NCBI GenBank assembly: GCA_903813345.2 | Contig: CAIIXF020000001.1 | Location: 10,168,001-10,232,000, forward strand | DNA: 64,000 nucleotides | DNA from: Owenia fusiformis | Taxonomy: Eukaryota | Reading direction: 5' to 3' | Shown: positions 36,401 through 49,068 of the stretch, one piece after another | How positions within the stretch are numbered: the first letter of the stretch is position 1 | Layout of the letters: each line of letters opens with the position of its first letter | Position numbers and translations under genes: made by a program | The notes under the pieces: model-generated | What the model was told of the DNA's origin: nothing | Database searches by the model: none | What the model saw: the letters and a program-made list of their open reading frames with translations, nothing else

Positions 36401-39400
36401 ACATTGTATAATAAAATTTTAAAACTGGTTTGGTTTTCTAAACAGTAAATCAATCATATATATTATTGTATTACCAATGAAGTATAAATAACCATAGTGC
36501 TCTCAAAAAAATATAAGGGTTTTTCACATCACTTACAATTTGATGTACAATTTTATGTCTGACCACAGTTTTATATTGGCCTTCCTTTTTAATGTGGGGG
36601 ATGAGACCGACCTGCAGGTGTGTGTCAAAAAGACAATTATAAATGAAGATGTCTTGATAACAAATGATGTAAACCATCATGTATAGACAAAAAAGATGCT
36701 AGGGGACATGGATGCATCGATGTATACATTATGAATAGCTTCAAAGCAGCCTATTGTTAATAGATATCGTAAATAAATGACATTTAGTCGGCCATTGTCA
36801 TTGATGCCACTGTGCATATGTAGGCCCGCCCCACAGTATGCTAATCTATGGCTAATTAGTAAGGTTGAACAAATTTGTTTTTTTATTCAGTCAACTTGCA
36901 CAATGTCGAGGTGCAGTTTATTATTGACAGGGCTGGTATGAAGCTGCTAAATGGTGCACATAATGGAAATATGTGGCTAACAACTGTGGTTGCCGTAGAG
37001 AGCTTGACGAGGTGTTATCCACGATGTCACATTACTTCTCGATATCACTCGGTCCACTCCATAAAATCTGTATTACCGCAAACATAGTACATCCATGTGC
37101 AAATCACTTCCATTAGAACTCTAAGTCGGTCTCTTTGGACCAGTTTATCAAAAATTGCTATTGGCTCCATTACAAAGAAGTAGCTTTGTGGGACATAAGT
37201 AATGAAATGCATGGTCATTTGCAACATCACTTCAGGCCTCTTTGGAACTTCAAATAGACACTATGAGAAAATAAAATGAACAATTAAGCCATCAAATCTA
37301 AAGAATGACAATTTAATCGTAAATTAAGTTATTGTGGTCCAAGTCTATTGGATATGCTGTATAGTGATAAAGGTATACAATTTTACGCTTTAATAGTTGT
37401 AATGAAATCGCGGTTTAATTTTAGTCTTATTTTTAGTGTTGAAAATGATGATAAAATGAAATCCAAATCAATATATTACTTCCTTTTTATCATGGATATT
37501 ATTTCAGAATTGTAAATTGTTTCATTATTCATGAATTTATTTCGTGGATTTATTCTTTAACAGAAAGAGTTAATATTATAAATAATTAAAAGTATTATAT
37601 CCACAACAATTATGAATTCAAACATGTATAATTGTATGCAACATGTTATTGTGCCGCAATAATACATTATTCATTTTTACAAAACATTTCCGTAAAGTAT
37701 AAATTGTACACATTAAAACAAAACATGACACTTTCCCATTATTTTGAAATAATTTTAATGTTGCAAAAACTAGTCCTTTTAAAATAATGTTTGCTCGCGA
37801 TAAACTTTCCCAAAAAGAGCATTTTTTCAATGAATCACAAGTTCAAAAGAATTAGCTAATTAATTCATAATTAAGTATTTGATTAACATAATGTGATTTT
37901 AATAACCTCTGCATAATCCCACCTGTGTGTTGAATATGTGTGAAGAGACGATTTGAGTACCATGCTCGCTTTTTTAAACTCAAGTACTCTTATAAGAATT
38001 GCAAAGAAAACATATGGTATGCGTCCCTATCAATTATCGAGCAATGAAGAGCCTACTGGATTAACTTGCCGTTTAATCTTATAATGAGGCCTACATTAGA
38101 ATGAATAAATAATTATGACATGCTATTGAAAGTTGACAGAAACAGTTTATCTTAGATTTTTGCAATTACTTATGCTTTTTCTCATACGCATATTGAAAAT
38201 AGTCGCGTTAAAAGATCATGAAAAGGGACTATTTTATAAACTGTAATAGACCCTAAGCTTTGAGAATAAAACTTGTTAAGCTTGGGTTTAACTTTGATGG
38301 ATTCTTCAAAAACCGGAAAAGCTCACAAGTCGTTCACTAGTAGGCATCTTCAAACTCAAGAACAGAAAATGAATTTTTATTGATGATTTTCAGGATAAAT
38401 TATGAAAGAGAAGAGTGCAGCTCTTTTGACTGGGGTGGCGTTAATCTTAATGCTAAGTAATTAAAGACTATTAGTTGAGGGTACTTGACTGATGAAAGCA
38501 ATCGGGAGTTTCTTAGAGAAGATCTGAGCTTTGTTGAGGGAGAGAAAGAGAATCTAGTTGGCTGGTATTAGCATGAGATAGTAGCTGCAGGAGTCTGTTA
38601 CCTAGCCAGGTAAGCAGCTAGTCCCAGGTGAGAAACACTAACGAACTTGTTCCCTTACCTGTGGCCCATCTAACACACAGTGTTAATCTCTCCCAGCCGT
38701 GTAAAGCAACATGAAAAGCCATCAAAAACATGGTAAAAAATAATGCTTTGTAAGCTTATCCTTGTCCTTTTGGAAATCATCTCCAGTTAACAAGAGTTGA
38801 GTATTGGGGATAGGTGAAGATCATGGTGTACAATTACAAACGCTCAAGTGACTGAGCCACAACATGGGTGGGAGGAAAAAAGAAGTAGAATGGAATGATT
38901 GGAGAAGTCTGGGTGTGCGTTACAGGGCAGCGAGGAACAGATGTAACAACTATCAAGCTGCAATTTCAGCCACTTATATCTCAGATCACTTTCAAAGCCA
39001 CATAGACAAACCAGCATCTACAAGTTCTTACACCAAACACACACTTTGATCGGCGCACTCCTTCTAAACAGAACTCATGTTTTACACAGTTCTGCTAACC
39101 CTACTCCCTACACATGGGGCTCAACTTCTTCGTTTTCCGTGCTACATGGAAAAGGTGTGTTATTTGGTGAGACTTGGGGCCTCAGTTACAGGAGTAAGTG
39201 TAATGTATGGGCACAACTGGTCTTGTTTAGAATAAAGCAGATGCTTCTCTGAGAAACAGGTTGGAGAAATATGTTGGTGTGTAAGCAGTGTAAGTTAGGC
39301 ATAAGTTGCACAAATAAACAAAAAGGTATTATTAACCTGGCTCAGATGCAGCGGCCCTCAACTGCATTATAATGCACACATGTGGCCGAAACTTGTCAGA

Positions 39401-42400
39401 AATACTTCACTAATGGCAGCTAAGGGCCTAATTGTTACCAACTTTACTCACTTAACCAATCATATCAGGATGTGGAAAATCGCTAAACATTTCTGAAGTT
39501 TATTATTTCTTTTCATTTCAAACAGAAACGTTTGATGTGTCATATTCTCCATTCTCCAATGGTGGAATGTGTAAACAAAAAATAGAGAATGGGAAAATGG
39601 GAAACAAATATGAATTCATGAGAAAGAAAAAAATGCAACCATAATTTATTCTGTTGCAAAATAAGTTAGAAAACATGGTCCCCATATGTATATACAATAA
39701 ACTGAAAGGAATACACCAAGTCTGAAGAGAAAATAGAAAACAGTTTCTGATGCCCTGTTGCTCAGTAAAATTAGATTGTATAGTCAGCTGATCTTTTAGG
39801 TATGAATTGCAGACTCAACAATTCTGCAATGATCTAAATATATTGTCCAACAAGTATAAACCATATATGGTTGACCAACTGTCACACACTATTGAATTGT
39901 AAAACAGGCTGAACAAAATAAGAAAAAATTATGTACCTCATTGAGTTGGAAAGATATATTATTGCATACAACTACTTTTTTGCTACACTAAAAATTATTT
40001 TGAAGTATATTTTAAGCCTTTAAAATGTTACCTTATCGAAATCAATTTAAACTAATATTTTCATATTTTTGTTGATACTATCTATATAAATACTATAATA
40101 TAAATATGATGAAAGACATGTATAATTCTAGCATGAGTAAAATTTTATAAATATGAACATCACGAGTTTAGTTTGAAATGTAATTAGCATTTTGCAATAG
40201 GTGCCGTTTCGTGTTGACAATGCATTTCTTATAATTAGTCTTGATTATGTAGTTTTTATTAATCTTGCCCATTGTTCTTTCTCATAGAATAGGAATTGTT
40301 AGGAATTTCATTTCTCAAGACTATATGCTTTCAAATATCATATTGACTCAACATGGTATGACTTCATGATGCGCATACTGAAAATAAAATCTTTGGCTTG
40401 ATTTCATTCAAAAAACAAAAACAAACCAAAGGTTTAGCCAATATGGTTTCTTATTCTGGAACTTCAATGACTAAAAGTCTAGACATATTATCGAAGTGTG
40501 ACAACACTAATTTGTACAGTGTATACAAAATATTTAATAATATACATGTACTTTAAATTCAAATATAGTTACACAGTGTTGGTGGAGCATAAAATATGTT
40601 AATTCAAATATACAATGAACCTGTCAAATTGGAACACCACTTAGACACAGCCAAAAGTGTTCATATTAGCACTTAGCAGGTGTTCACAATATGAGGTTTT
40701 AAAAATTGAGAAAAAAGTGTTCATATGGAGAGGTCTTTAGATTTAGAGAGGTACACAGACTTTTAAATAGGAGTTCTATTTTAACCAAAATTAGTTTTGA
40801 GGGTTTCTCCAATTAATTAAATAATTAAAAAAATTAATCTATACTTTTTTCAGCTGAAATGACTTCAGATGTTTCCAATATTATAAAGAAGAACTTCAAG
40901 AGGAAGATTCATTATTCTTAGATGTAACAAGGTTGCTTCTTAAAACAATTGAATAATTGAGAGAACTATGTATTTGTAAGTTCAGCAAAGGTGCTAAACA
41001 GATAAATATTGGGACCACAACCATTTCACTAGACCTTCTCTATAAGAAAATGCGTTCATTCAAAATTTATTAATCTATTCATGAATATAAGGCTAAGGTA
41101 AAATCTTGGGTATAGTTTATGATTATTTCATTCATTTTTATGGATAATGGTTATGCTTCTTTCAACATGGCCTATACAAATATCATGTTTCTCAACAATT
41201 ACAGAATTGCTATCAGCTAGAATGTGACACCAATTTAATCAAATCATGCAATCAAAACATGCAGTAATTTCACATTTGAATACATGTACAAAGTGGATGA
41301 TTGCATCATTTGCCTCCTAAAAAACAAATTGCTCTCTCAAAAATAGTTCATCAAAGTACAGATACCTCAGACGGAGTAATTACTTATTAAAAGCATCCTT
41401 TTTAATGATGTTATAACAAGATTTTGTGTTAATTTGTGATTTTTAAAAACAACAATCTTGACTACAGTTATCTTTAAGATAATATCAAAGCAGATCCACG
41501 ATGTTTTATCATCCCTAATTATTAAATTTGAATTGATGATTTTGAATATTTATAATTGATTTAAAGTTGATTTAATTTAAGGTGTATGATTACTATATAA
41601 TACTTTAACATTCTCCAGACTACTTGTTTATTTACAAATCTATATTTAATATAAATTACATCAAGATTATCTTCTTATAGTTAAGACTAATTTTAAATAA
41701 ATAAATTAAAGTTTAATTAACTAAAGCGTTACGGGTAACATTTGGTCTCTTATAATTTCTTTTTGATATTTCCTTTAGAAATATAATGACATAAACCCAA
41801 TGTATTATGTATATTAATTAGAGTAACTTTTTTCAACATATAGCTTATGCACAAAGTCAGACTTTCTGAAAGTTTTCATTAAAATTTCTGATGTATATAT
41901 TTAAAAACGTTTGTGGAAATTTTAACATGGAAACATTCCGGTTCCTCAAAACAACGAATAAATATTCAATATAAATCCTAGATATCTTTTTGAAAAATGT
42001 TGTAAATAAATTACATAGAAAATAAATGCAAGTCAAAAATTTGAAACTTGAAAATAGTGTTGATCAGGTGAATTAGTGAATTTTAGACTACTAATATACT
42101 TTTATAATATTAATCAGGATAAAAAGATTATTCCGTGGATGGGGTTTCATCTGAGGTTCCTCTATCAGGATGATATGATATCTTCCCTCTGACTCAATGG
42201 TCCTCTACCAGATATCCTATCATATCATCTCTCATATTGAACACCTATATAATCTCTTGCTAGATATACTGGGTATATAATGTTAACCTCTTGGTATCAA
42301 GGATTCTATAAAATAAATTTATGAATTTTATCTAAAAGAGTTAGTAATCTAATGATTTTTTACTCACTGTCTGTCATATTCACAAAGCTACATGTACATA

Positions 42401-43092
42401 TTAGAAATAAAATAAACTTATGTTCAAAAACTTTTTACATCTGATTAAAATAAATTGTTAAACTTACTTCTTAGTGTTCTGCCCTCGCTATCTGGTGTGC
42501 CTCTATCTATTGAATCCCCACCTTCAGACCGTGTCTCAATATCATACGCTGATGCTGACCCTCCAGGACTAGACAATTGACCATCCTTACCCCCGTCATC
42601 ATCTGTTTTCCCTGGGCTGGAGGGGATTTCTTCTAAACGGGACCGTTTTGCAGGTGTGAAAGCTGAATGATAGCTTTCCCTATCTTCAGGGGACAGAACT
42701 GGCCTAAATGCACCCCCACCCCCTGGGTTAATGAGACCCATAGGTGGTCTTGCAAATGGTCCATGCATGTGTGCATACATGGGTGGAGGATACGGTCCAT
42801 CTCCTCGTTGGTAAACACCATATGTGTTAGGTGTAGTATGTGCTGGGTCTGGTTTCTTCTCCAAATTTTGTGGGTATGCAGGGTGGGGCGGTCCACTTGC
42901 CTGAGACGGAGTTTCCCTTGAGGCTTCTGCAGTGGAGGCAAGGACCATCAAGGCTGGCGAAGTCAGGGGGTTTGGCAAGTAGGCACCATTTTCCATTCCG
43001 TGCCCTGGTAAAGAAGCCAAATATGGTTTAGCCGCATTAGCCCACAAGTTCAACCGAAACATTTCAAATGACATATTTGGAAAGTTCTGCAT
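12423..43092 (-). CDS. RNF220: E3 ubiquitin-protein ligase RNF220, 9 coding exons, 554 aa
   Basis: Exons (-): 43092-42468, 21145-21019, 17861-17819, 16021-15904, 15699-15584, 13717-13594, 13372-13136, 12841-12714, 12569-12423; 1665 nt, all GT-AG and phase compatible. Diagnostic motifs: YLPNPLTSPALMVLASTAE, GAFRP..EDRESYHSAFTPAKR, YLRVKLNRQSRLN, YEEYTWAGQTRVRATS, YGKPQY, ALRGAVL, and the C-terminal RING CLICM..YTNPLTSIQCWHVHCEECWLRTLGAKKLCPQCNIITSPADLRRIYL. Confidence 0.96.
25897..26405 (+). repeat. 5' LTR (509 bp), preceded by an extra 57-bp unit at 25840-25896
   Basis: TGTGAC...GTCATA; direct repeat of 33237-33744; AATAAA near 26336. Confidence 0.95.
26409..26421 (+). promoter_or_regulatory. 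Primer binding site, probably for tRNA-Ala
   Basis: TGGTGGAGCTGCC starts 3 nt after the 5' LTR and matches 12/13 to the complement of a typical eukaryotic tRNA-Ala 3' end (TGGTGGAGATGCC, from recall). Confidence 0.7.
26437..27360 (+). CDS. gag: Gypsy Gag (capsid, Q/N/Y-rich linker, two CCHC zinc knuckles)
   Basis: 307-aa ORF with retrotransposon-gag-like N-terminus (KFHG..W....KGEAAKYF..W.EL..AL.ERF) and two CX2CX4HX4C knuckles, CERCGKSNHLSLNC and CFQCGRGGHYSYMC. Confidence 0.93.
   Translation: MDLSILDKFHGKSEENVIIWLNTIDTFANLKNWNQQRKCSLIPLLVKGEAAKYFEQLEENTKNDWEELTEALKERFPPKQSERWELLDKLDTLKQNDMSVDEFHSKLMYYTSRLKKDAEDVKELFVQGLNTSTKNFVRLKEPENLEQAVKFARIHSNMPQDSAPEMLAASIKILTDKVDKLSVAAVTVDAMGQRYANNNQFPVQQSAQRQQNQYQPQNQYQPQKQYQPQNPFQQQNQFPGNQQFTQQQKRYPQHDQQFMQQNSSSRNQCERCGKSNHLSLNCYARFKQCFQCGRGGHYSYMCRNVAK
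27361..31209 (+). CDS. pol: Gypsy Pol: protease, RT, RNase H, integrase with GPY/F motif and C-terminal chromodomain; same frame as gag
   Basis: ALVDTGA protease, YCDD RT, DAS RNase H, HHCC and DDE integrase core, KYQGPY, and chromodomain-like EVERLL..GKKCYKVKW..STWEYEENI (31027-31161). The frame is open from the codon right after the gag TGA; the ORF-track start at 27430 is a GTG. Confidence 0.95.
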   Translation, partial: GLAPVPHRDGHLETKVDNQKFKQVKSDSGKVAIPAVQSVKVNLQRSVSNIIIHTNIVDNNIKALVDTGAEQSCMRLALYEKLNLHKKCPISPTNIELYGAGGETHKLEVLGVANVPLKFEEFEYVQPMHILKSANHDVILGEDFFSQSQALIDFTQKVVILQRGDPIKHSTYTTNKPRLTACVNNVAIGSGVQTSGINLEKSKLPEGEKAELITFIDKNKDVFSQNMNELGCANSTYEHVIRTKSDKPVQQRFYRYSQEQKNEIDKQCDQMLEYGIIEHSVSEYASPVVLVKKKSNEYRLAIDYRRLNKNTEAIHYPLPQLNDIIDCIAHSKATIFSVLDMHSGFWQLPLSESSKHKTAFVTHKGKFQFNRMPFGLKNAPMSFQRVMNDVLKGLTWDFVLVYCDDIIVFSKDMKEHLNHLDQVFTRLRKANLKLKPSKCKLALEKVVYLGFVFTKEGITVDNEKIKTILSYPQPTNVTEVRAYLGLCNFYRRFVKGFSNIVAPLNNLMRKNVEFVWDEQCENAFQESKIMLTTEPVLVYPDLQKLFIISCDASGTAIGYILGQIDEQGRERAVSYGGRSLSTGERKWSITERECLALIEAINEYHIYIANAHFIVYTDHISLKYLQSIKDHTGRLGRWSIKLQAYDFTIEFRCGKSNSNADALSRRPYEVNECKQMCQQTTTIQTEDSGITQDNCTDEWVAYSIPSPTTMQTGNIGAEGQNVKCPISESKQQTGMCSDLSALSSICEITQSSNEVFQNKQRQDPQLQMYIKYLEQDELPDKENLARKVILESQDFLIKDGILYHMYYPRGKGHKSDRVVIQLAIPQQLREDVLQCYHDSLMGGHQGQDRTYNTIRYKYYWPKMYSDIEKYVKSCEICQQSKRYHGQRAPLQPLPTGSLFSRVHMDILGPIHKVNGFQYILLIVDSFSKWPEAVALKSIEATEVARVLFTEFICRYGSMKTLITDRGQNFMSKVIQELCRMFGIEHRATSSYHPETNSSCERMNSTINQAFRCFVDKQQSNWPQLLPGILASYRFSPATESTGYSPYYLLYGKEPLMPLDTMVPVSMGQSTVTDRLQDIQTNLEVARDIAKENQEAAKIKTKTQHDKKAKLPQFKVGDRVWLHVPKTPTGLTPKHCRKYQGPYYIVRANANMTYKLIRCSDDRLLRSLVHANRLKPYVDPETRPTNIPRVQQGQVLQDDNHIDQGSSSISDSSSESDQHPPQVQEVERLLACGKHNGKKCYKVKWRNEKKSTWEYEENIPRNLIREYHITKTNTGKVRKRKTR
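33202..33236 (+). promoter_or_regulatory. Hairpin plus polypurine tract upstream of the 3' LTR
   Basis: AGAATGCG-GGA-CGCATTCT perfect 8-bp stem (33202-33220), then GGAGGAGAAGCAAA (33223-33236) abutting the TG of the LTR. Confidence 0.8.
33237..33744 (+). repeat. 3' LTR (508 bp)
   Basis: Identical to the 5' LTR over the first 411 bp, with 6 substitutions and 1 indel in the last ~98 bp. It follows the PPT directly. Confidence 0.95.
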
Positions 43093-46000
43093 CTTGAAAG
43101 TTCTTTGTAAAACTTTAAAACTTTGAATTTCCCTCCTTACAATCTTGTTTAATAAATTAATTCTGTCCTTAAAACTTCTTTTTCAAAATAATCGCCTAAA
43201 TTCCGACTTCAAATTATTAAACTTTTTTGCGAGCCAAGTATCATCATTGATCAGTGACTAGTGGAGTGCTAAATGAACTATTCAAAGCAACTTCCAAGTT
43301 ACAACCTACTCTCAACATACTTCATCCTGGTTGGTTCATTTAACTCACTACTAGAGCCACCAAGTGGCCAGGAAATCAACTAAACTCATCACATTATTTC
43401 CATCAATTTTCTTTGAAGCTACTGAGTGGCTGTGCAATCAATACACGCAGCAACTGATGCTAAGGATCAAAGAGGCAGCAACTCCATAAAATATTTATGA
43501 GTATTGGAAACTGCAACTTTGAAACTATAGTCAAAACTCAAGAATTTGATGTTCAATGTGAACAAATATTGGATTTGGCTTGGGTTTGGTCACAATGAAG
43601 GTTTAAACTGGGCAAAACATCCCTTTCACGGGTGATATAGGCATTGGTTTGAGAGAAGAAAGTAGATAAATGAACATAAAAGCTCTATATTGATATAAAA
43701 TTAACTGGGACCTTCAGATGGAATTGGATTGGCTCTGAGAAAAAATGTAAACAAACAAGTACATGTACTCACCTTCAGTCATTGCTGTACACTTAATACT
43801 TTCAAAGGCCGTTTTAAAACTTTGTCAACCTCACAAATACAAAATAATACAAGCAACTGATAGAGGAAAGAGTGATGATGCCAGAAATAACTTAACTTTA
43901 GAATGACTTGAAGCGATGGTAGCAGAATTTGACCGATTTTGTTGACAATCTTCTCGGACAACTTGGGGAAATTCCCTCCTGTATGCAAATGTCAGCCTCG
44001 TTTTCAAATATGGAGTTTCCCATGAAGAATTATGGGTAAATAAGGAGTTCCCTTGTAAAATGTCAACAAAACACAATCAATCAAAGGTACTAAATACAGT
44101 ACTAATCTACTTATTAACCGTGACATTTATTCAACAAGTTATTCTTCAAACTACATCACAAGTATGCTTAAAATTAGTTGTGCTAAACACAATAAATATT
44201 GATTGTGCTAAACACAATACACAATTGGTGAGTGAATATTACATGTACATGTATATAGAACATGATATAGTCACAATCAAAAATTGCGATCCAAATAACT
44301 AAATTCATATGGCTTAATTTGGATTTATTGGTAGTTAATTTTCCAATAAAGCAGCTTTGAGGGAAAAATGGAAGCAATAACAGTTTCATTGCTACATTAG
44401 ATTCAATAAAGACCATCGATAGTCCTCTTATCAAATATCACAGTTCAAGTTGTATTAATCCTGCATGCTCCAGTCTCTATATTCCAATTTGTTGCTGGGA
44501 GTTAGGAGTCAAACTATACTCCCCTGGGCTATAAATTGTTGTAATTGTTACATCAAAGTTTATAAATGCTGTGACAAGTGGACTCTTCTCTCTCGGAACA
44601 TCATTGTGATTTTACAGCCTTCCTGACTCACAGGCTCAACAGGAATGCAAATATAGTCAGTTCTACTAGTTATTGGGTTGGTCGTAAAAGTCAATTCTCC
44701 ATCTGCTGGGAGGTTTTACTTGCATAAGATATCAAGCTTTATTAGGGCATCAAGAGTCTGGGTGTGTAAATAACTACCAAGGTGACATCTATTAATGCAA
44801 TGAAAATAAAAATAAATTCCAAGTCAGACTTTTTTGTGTTTGCATAGAGTGCTGCAGAACTAAAATGCAAATATTCAATTTCTTGGCGAAATGCCATTTA
44901 TTTTTAACATGGAAGACTTTTCAATCATGTTCTTTCTTTGACTACAAATCACATAAATTATCAATTTAAAATATTGGTGCAGCATATGCCGCTAATCACA
45001 AGTTCACTGGGAATTACTACCATCTAGTTATTAATAAGTACATACTTTACCCATATACCTTAATTAGTATACAGTCTCAGTACTGGGAGAACTATGCTTT
45101 AATTAATGACAATTAAGGGATATGGAAGTTTAAAGCACTCAAGGGGCATCTGGCTAGCATGTAACAATCACTTGGAAATGTACCATAAATTTCTCCTCTT
45201 CAAACATACAGAGTATCGAGTAATTCAATACATATTTGATCCCAAGAAGTAATGTTGACTTGGCACTCTGAAGCCATATTACCAAGTTGTGTGGAGCTCG
45301 TAAATTTTGCTGGTTTAGATTATGATGGCTCGAGGATTTTGTATTACTTAGGAGAAGTAGATACTTCATTTTGCCTAATTTAATTATAAAGTCTGGGTAC
45401 AATAAATTAAATGGTGACATTGAAATGCACAGAGTCAAACAATATAATTTACAAAGTTAGAATATCATGGAACATGTTCCTATTTTTATCAGTCATGTTT
45501 TCACAAAAATGTTCAAAATGGTCATTTGTGAACTGAAATCAAAGATTCTCATTTTAGATATTTCAAGAGTCAGACAGAATTATTCTATTGTGGTGACTTT
45601 GCATTTTTGATCAAATCTACAAAAATGCATTTTACTGAATTTGGGTGTCCACAATTTAAAAGTCCACAATTGTTCACAATTTAAAAGGCACCAATCTCAA
45701 GAATCAAAATTCCATATATTAATTATTTTATCTAAAAATATTAATTTAATATCCATTACTTGGTTTAAAATTAAACTTTTTCTGTTAAACCATTAACGAT
45801 TGTTCAACGTACTTCCAAATATGAGCGAAATTAGTTTACAAGTATTTGAGTTATTACATGACAATAAATGACAATACATGTACTATAGCAAATCAGCAAT
45901 GGGCCAATTGTCAAGTTCAAGTTTACAAAAATTTGGAGACCATAACAATATGTCACCACTTTTGGTGGTGACATAATAAAGTAAACCGAGGTTCCATAGA

Positions 46001-46857
46001 ATTCACACGCTCCTTTCTGCAAAAATTAAGCACTCGGATGTCAGGGTGTAAAACTGCTGAAGCCCTTCCTCTAAAATATATATTTCCTCATCATACGCTA
46101 ATTAATCATGGAAGGCATGTATCAATAAAAGTCATTAATATTCCTAAGATGACTAGTAAGTATTCATATTGCCATATATCAGCAATGCGATTTAATATCC
46201 TTCCAACATAACTCTTTTTATGTAAATGTCATCGTTAATTACCTCTGTAGAGTAGTTAATTGCCAGCAGAGATGAAATATGAAGAAGTTTTATGAGCAAG
46301 AAGAAACAGCAAACGCTGATATGCTGATCAATGAAATCTCCCCGGCCTCATGTATTTTTCAGATGAGAATTACGAAGAAATAATAAGAGAACAAAAACTT
46401 AGCAACAGAATGAGATTTCTTCATAACAACTGGATAGAAAAATCTCAACATTAATAATCATGTACAGTTGAACATATTCCAATTTTATAAGGATCATCAT
46501 TTAGAGTATGCAAGTAATCATTGCTAATAGGTACGCGTACTAGTTTTCGAAGGCCGTCTTGGTGTTTGGTATCTGTAACAAATGGCAGGTGGTGACATTT
46601 TGCATGTTAATGCCTTGTTATGAAATTGTCATTCAGAGGTCCATTAAGGATAGGCCATTCAGAGAAAACCACTGCCAAGCACCATTCACAAAAAAGTTGG
46701 AGACAATAACAATATGTCACCACTTGTATATTACTTGTGGAACTTTTATTTGTAAAGAATAATTTGAATTTGTTCCTCAACAAGCCAAAGTATTATTGAT
46801 CCTTTTCATTTTTTGAAATTGTAATGTAAATAACATTCCACATGTATAATCATAATA

Positions 46858-46999
46858 CAGTAAAACCAGTCAAAGTGGAACACCATTTGTGCATCAAATT
46901 GTTCCACTTTGGAAGTGTTCTATTTATAGAGTTAATTTAACATGAAGTCAGTGGGTCTTGTTCTATTAACAGAAGTGTTCCACTTTACAGGTTTTACTG
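46858..46999. mobile_element. TA-flanked Tc1/mariner/pogo-type MITE
   Basis: TA|CAGTAAAACC...GGTTTTACTG|TA with internal AAAGTGGAACA/TGTTCCACTTT inverted repeats. Confidence 0.78.
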
Positions 47000-47670
47000 T
47001 ATATATTAAATAATATATGGAAAATTAAATATGTATGGTTTCTGGGTACATGACTGCAACATAACATACGTTTCATTTATATTACAATATAATCAGTTTT
47101 ATTACACATTCAACATCATGGACTTCGTTGATATGGTAACTCATGTATCTATACACATATAAAATGTTACTGATAAAGTAACAATTCTCAAAAGTACTCC
47201 AATATAAGAAGCAATTTCTGAAAAATCTCATTGATCTCATTTGAATTTTGATGTTTTTCTCATTGAAAATGTAATTCAAATTAAATTAGCTATAAAAACC
47301 CCAAAACTCAAATTTTGTAAATAAATAAGGGTAATTAACGCAAATTCCCGTACTACTGCTAAATAATAAAATAAAATACAATTTGAAAGAATAAACCAAT
47401 AAGCATCATAAATAATGTTAACAAGAAAGAAGCCTATTTTACACACATAATTTTACATCAGTTTATGTCATAGACTACTTTAGCATACTTTATTTACCTT
47501 TATATTTGAAAATCGATGCTGTTAGCCCTTTAACACTCCACCCACTTGCTTGAGCAAAATAAATATTGTATAACAAAACTTTAACAAATATTTTACACTA
47601 ACAACGTAGTCTTATACATTTGGGTAAAATATTAATTTTCTTTCTTTCTTATGGAATAATATTCAGAATA

Positions 47671-47771
47671 CAGTAAAACCTGTCTTAGTGAACACCTCTC
47701 TCTAGTGAACACCTACCAACATTGAACGCTTTTTCTTGGCAAAAAATGTTCAATATACACAGGTTTTACTG
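47671..47771. mobile_element. TA-flanked Tc1/mariner/pogo-type MITE
   Basis: TA|CAGTAAAACCTGT...ACAGGTTTTACTG|TA. Confidence 0.78.
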
Positions 47772-49068
47772 TACATAACAGTCAAAATCCTTAACAGAAT
47801 TGATATTTCATAAATTATCAATCCAAACAGTAGACTTTCATTCTATGATTTTAAGGTCAATGGATCTTATCTTATTATGAAGTTCTGATATTTGAAACAA
47901 TCCTTGTTCACCAGTTTAATATGCAGTTAGTCACAAACATGACAATATTTAATGAAAATTAACTTTCAGGTGTGATAATCAACTGGACAGTACACAAATT
48001 TGACATACCATAAAGCAGGGGTCAAAAATTTCTTTCATAATCATGCAGTTTTCCACCATTCTGAGTGCTTTTGGGCCAAAGTTGTCAATTCGAGCATTTT
48101 GAAAGGTGAACCCATTGGTTATGGCCCTGTTGTACAATGTACAAAGGCCTATAAATGGTTGAAACTTTGTGAACCACACACTGTTCAGTTCTGTTATCAA
48201 ATGCTGCGGCTTAAATTAAACTTAAATTTTAAAAATTGGTTGATTCATATCTATTTTTGATTTTATATTTAACTTTCTCAGCAGTTTAACTTAACATATT
48301 ACAAGCAGCACCATAATCCTATAGGAAAGCAGAGGTGCTAACATTAGATTAGAATAATATAGGATAGAACTATCATACAAGCGTGAAATACATTCGTTTA
48401 ACATATAACATGGGGACATCTATATACAGACAACCACATTGTATATATACATAGATAATTTTCAGAATCAGAATAGCATACTTGTATGGGCAGGAACCAC
48501 ACATTCATATCCATGTAACTCACACCATCAATAGTCCATTGTTCATAACCAGGAATAATACAATGATTTAGTCAAGAGGTTATGAACTGTTCCTCTTTGA
48601 CTGTCTTTTTGCTTCTTATATCCTGGATTTTGCATTGTCATGTACATGTACTCATTTACAAAGTTAATTTATTCATAATTATTATATTTTAAAGTTGATT
48701 AAAGTACTCTATGATTTTATACAATGAAAAAATATGGAAATGTCCATTTCAAGAAATTTTTGACTTGCACACATCTAACAGATTAGATATATAATTTGAT
48801 AACAACTAATAAAGATATTAACAACTCCCATAAATACAACTTTTACATTCCTAATAATTCCATGTTCAATCTGCTGGTTGAGTGATAGCTTCTAAAATTG
48901 CATTCATCAATTGTTCAACAAGAATCAATCAAGCTTGCTTTTAAGTACAACGTACATTTCATCAATGGAATTTCAGTAGGTATGTTATTATTACAGGTAT
49001 TCAACTACATTAAGTTAAATTATTAGTCAGAATACAAGGAATAATATCTTCATTAGCATTCAAATTAA

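Noticed and set aside
33745-42400. Short ORFs (60-90 aa) in RNF220 intron 1 as a nested gene
   Set aside because: No recognisable domains and no phase-consistent exon chain; lengths are as expected by chance.
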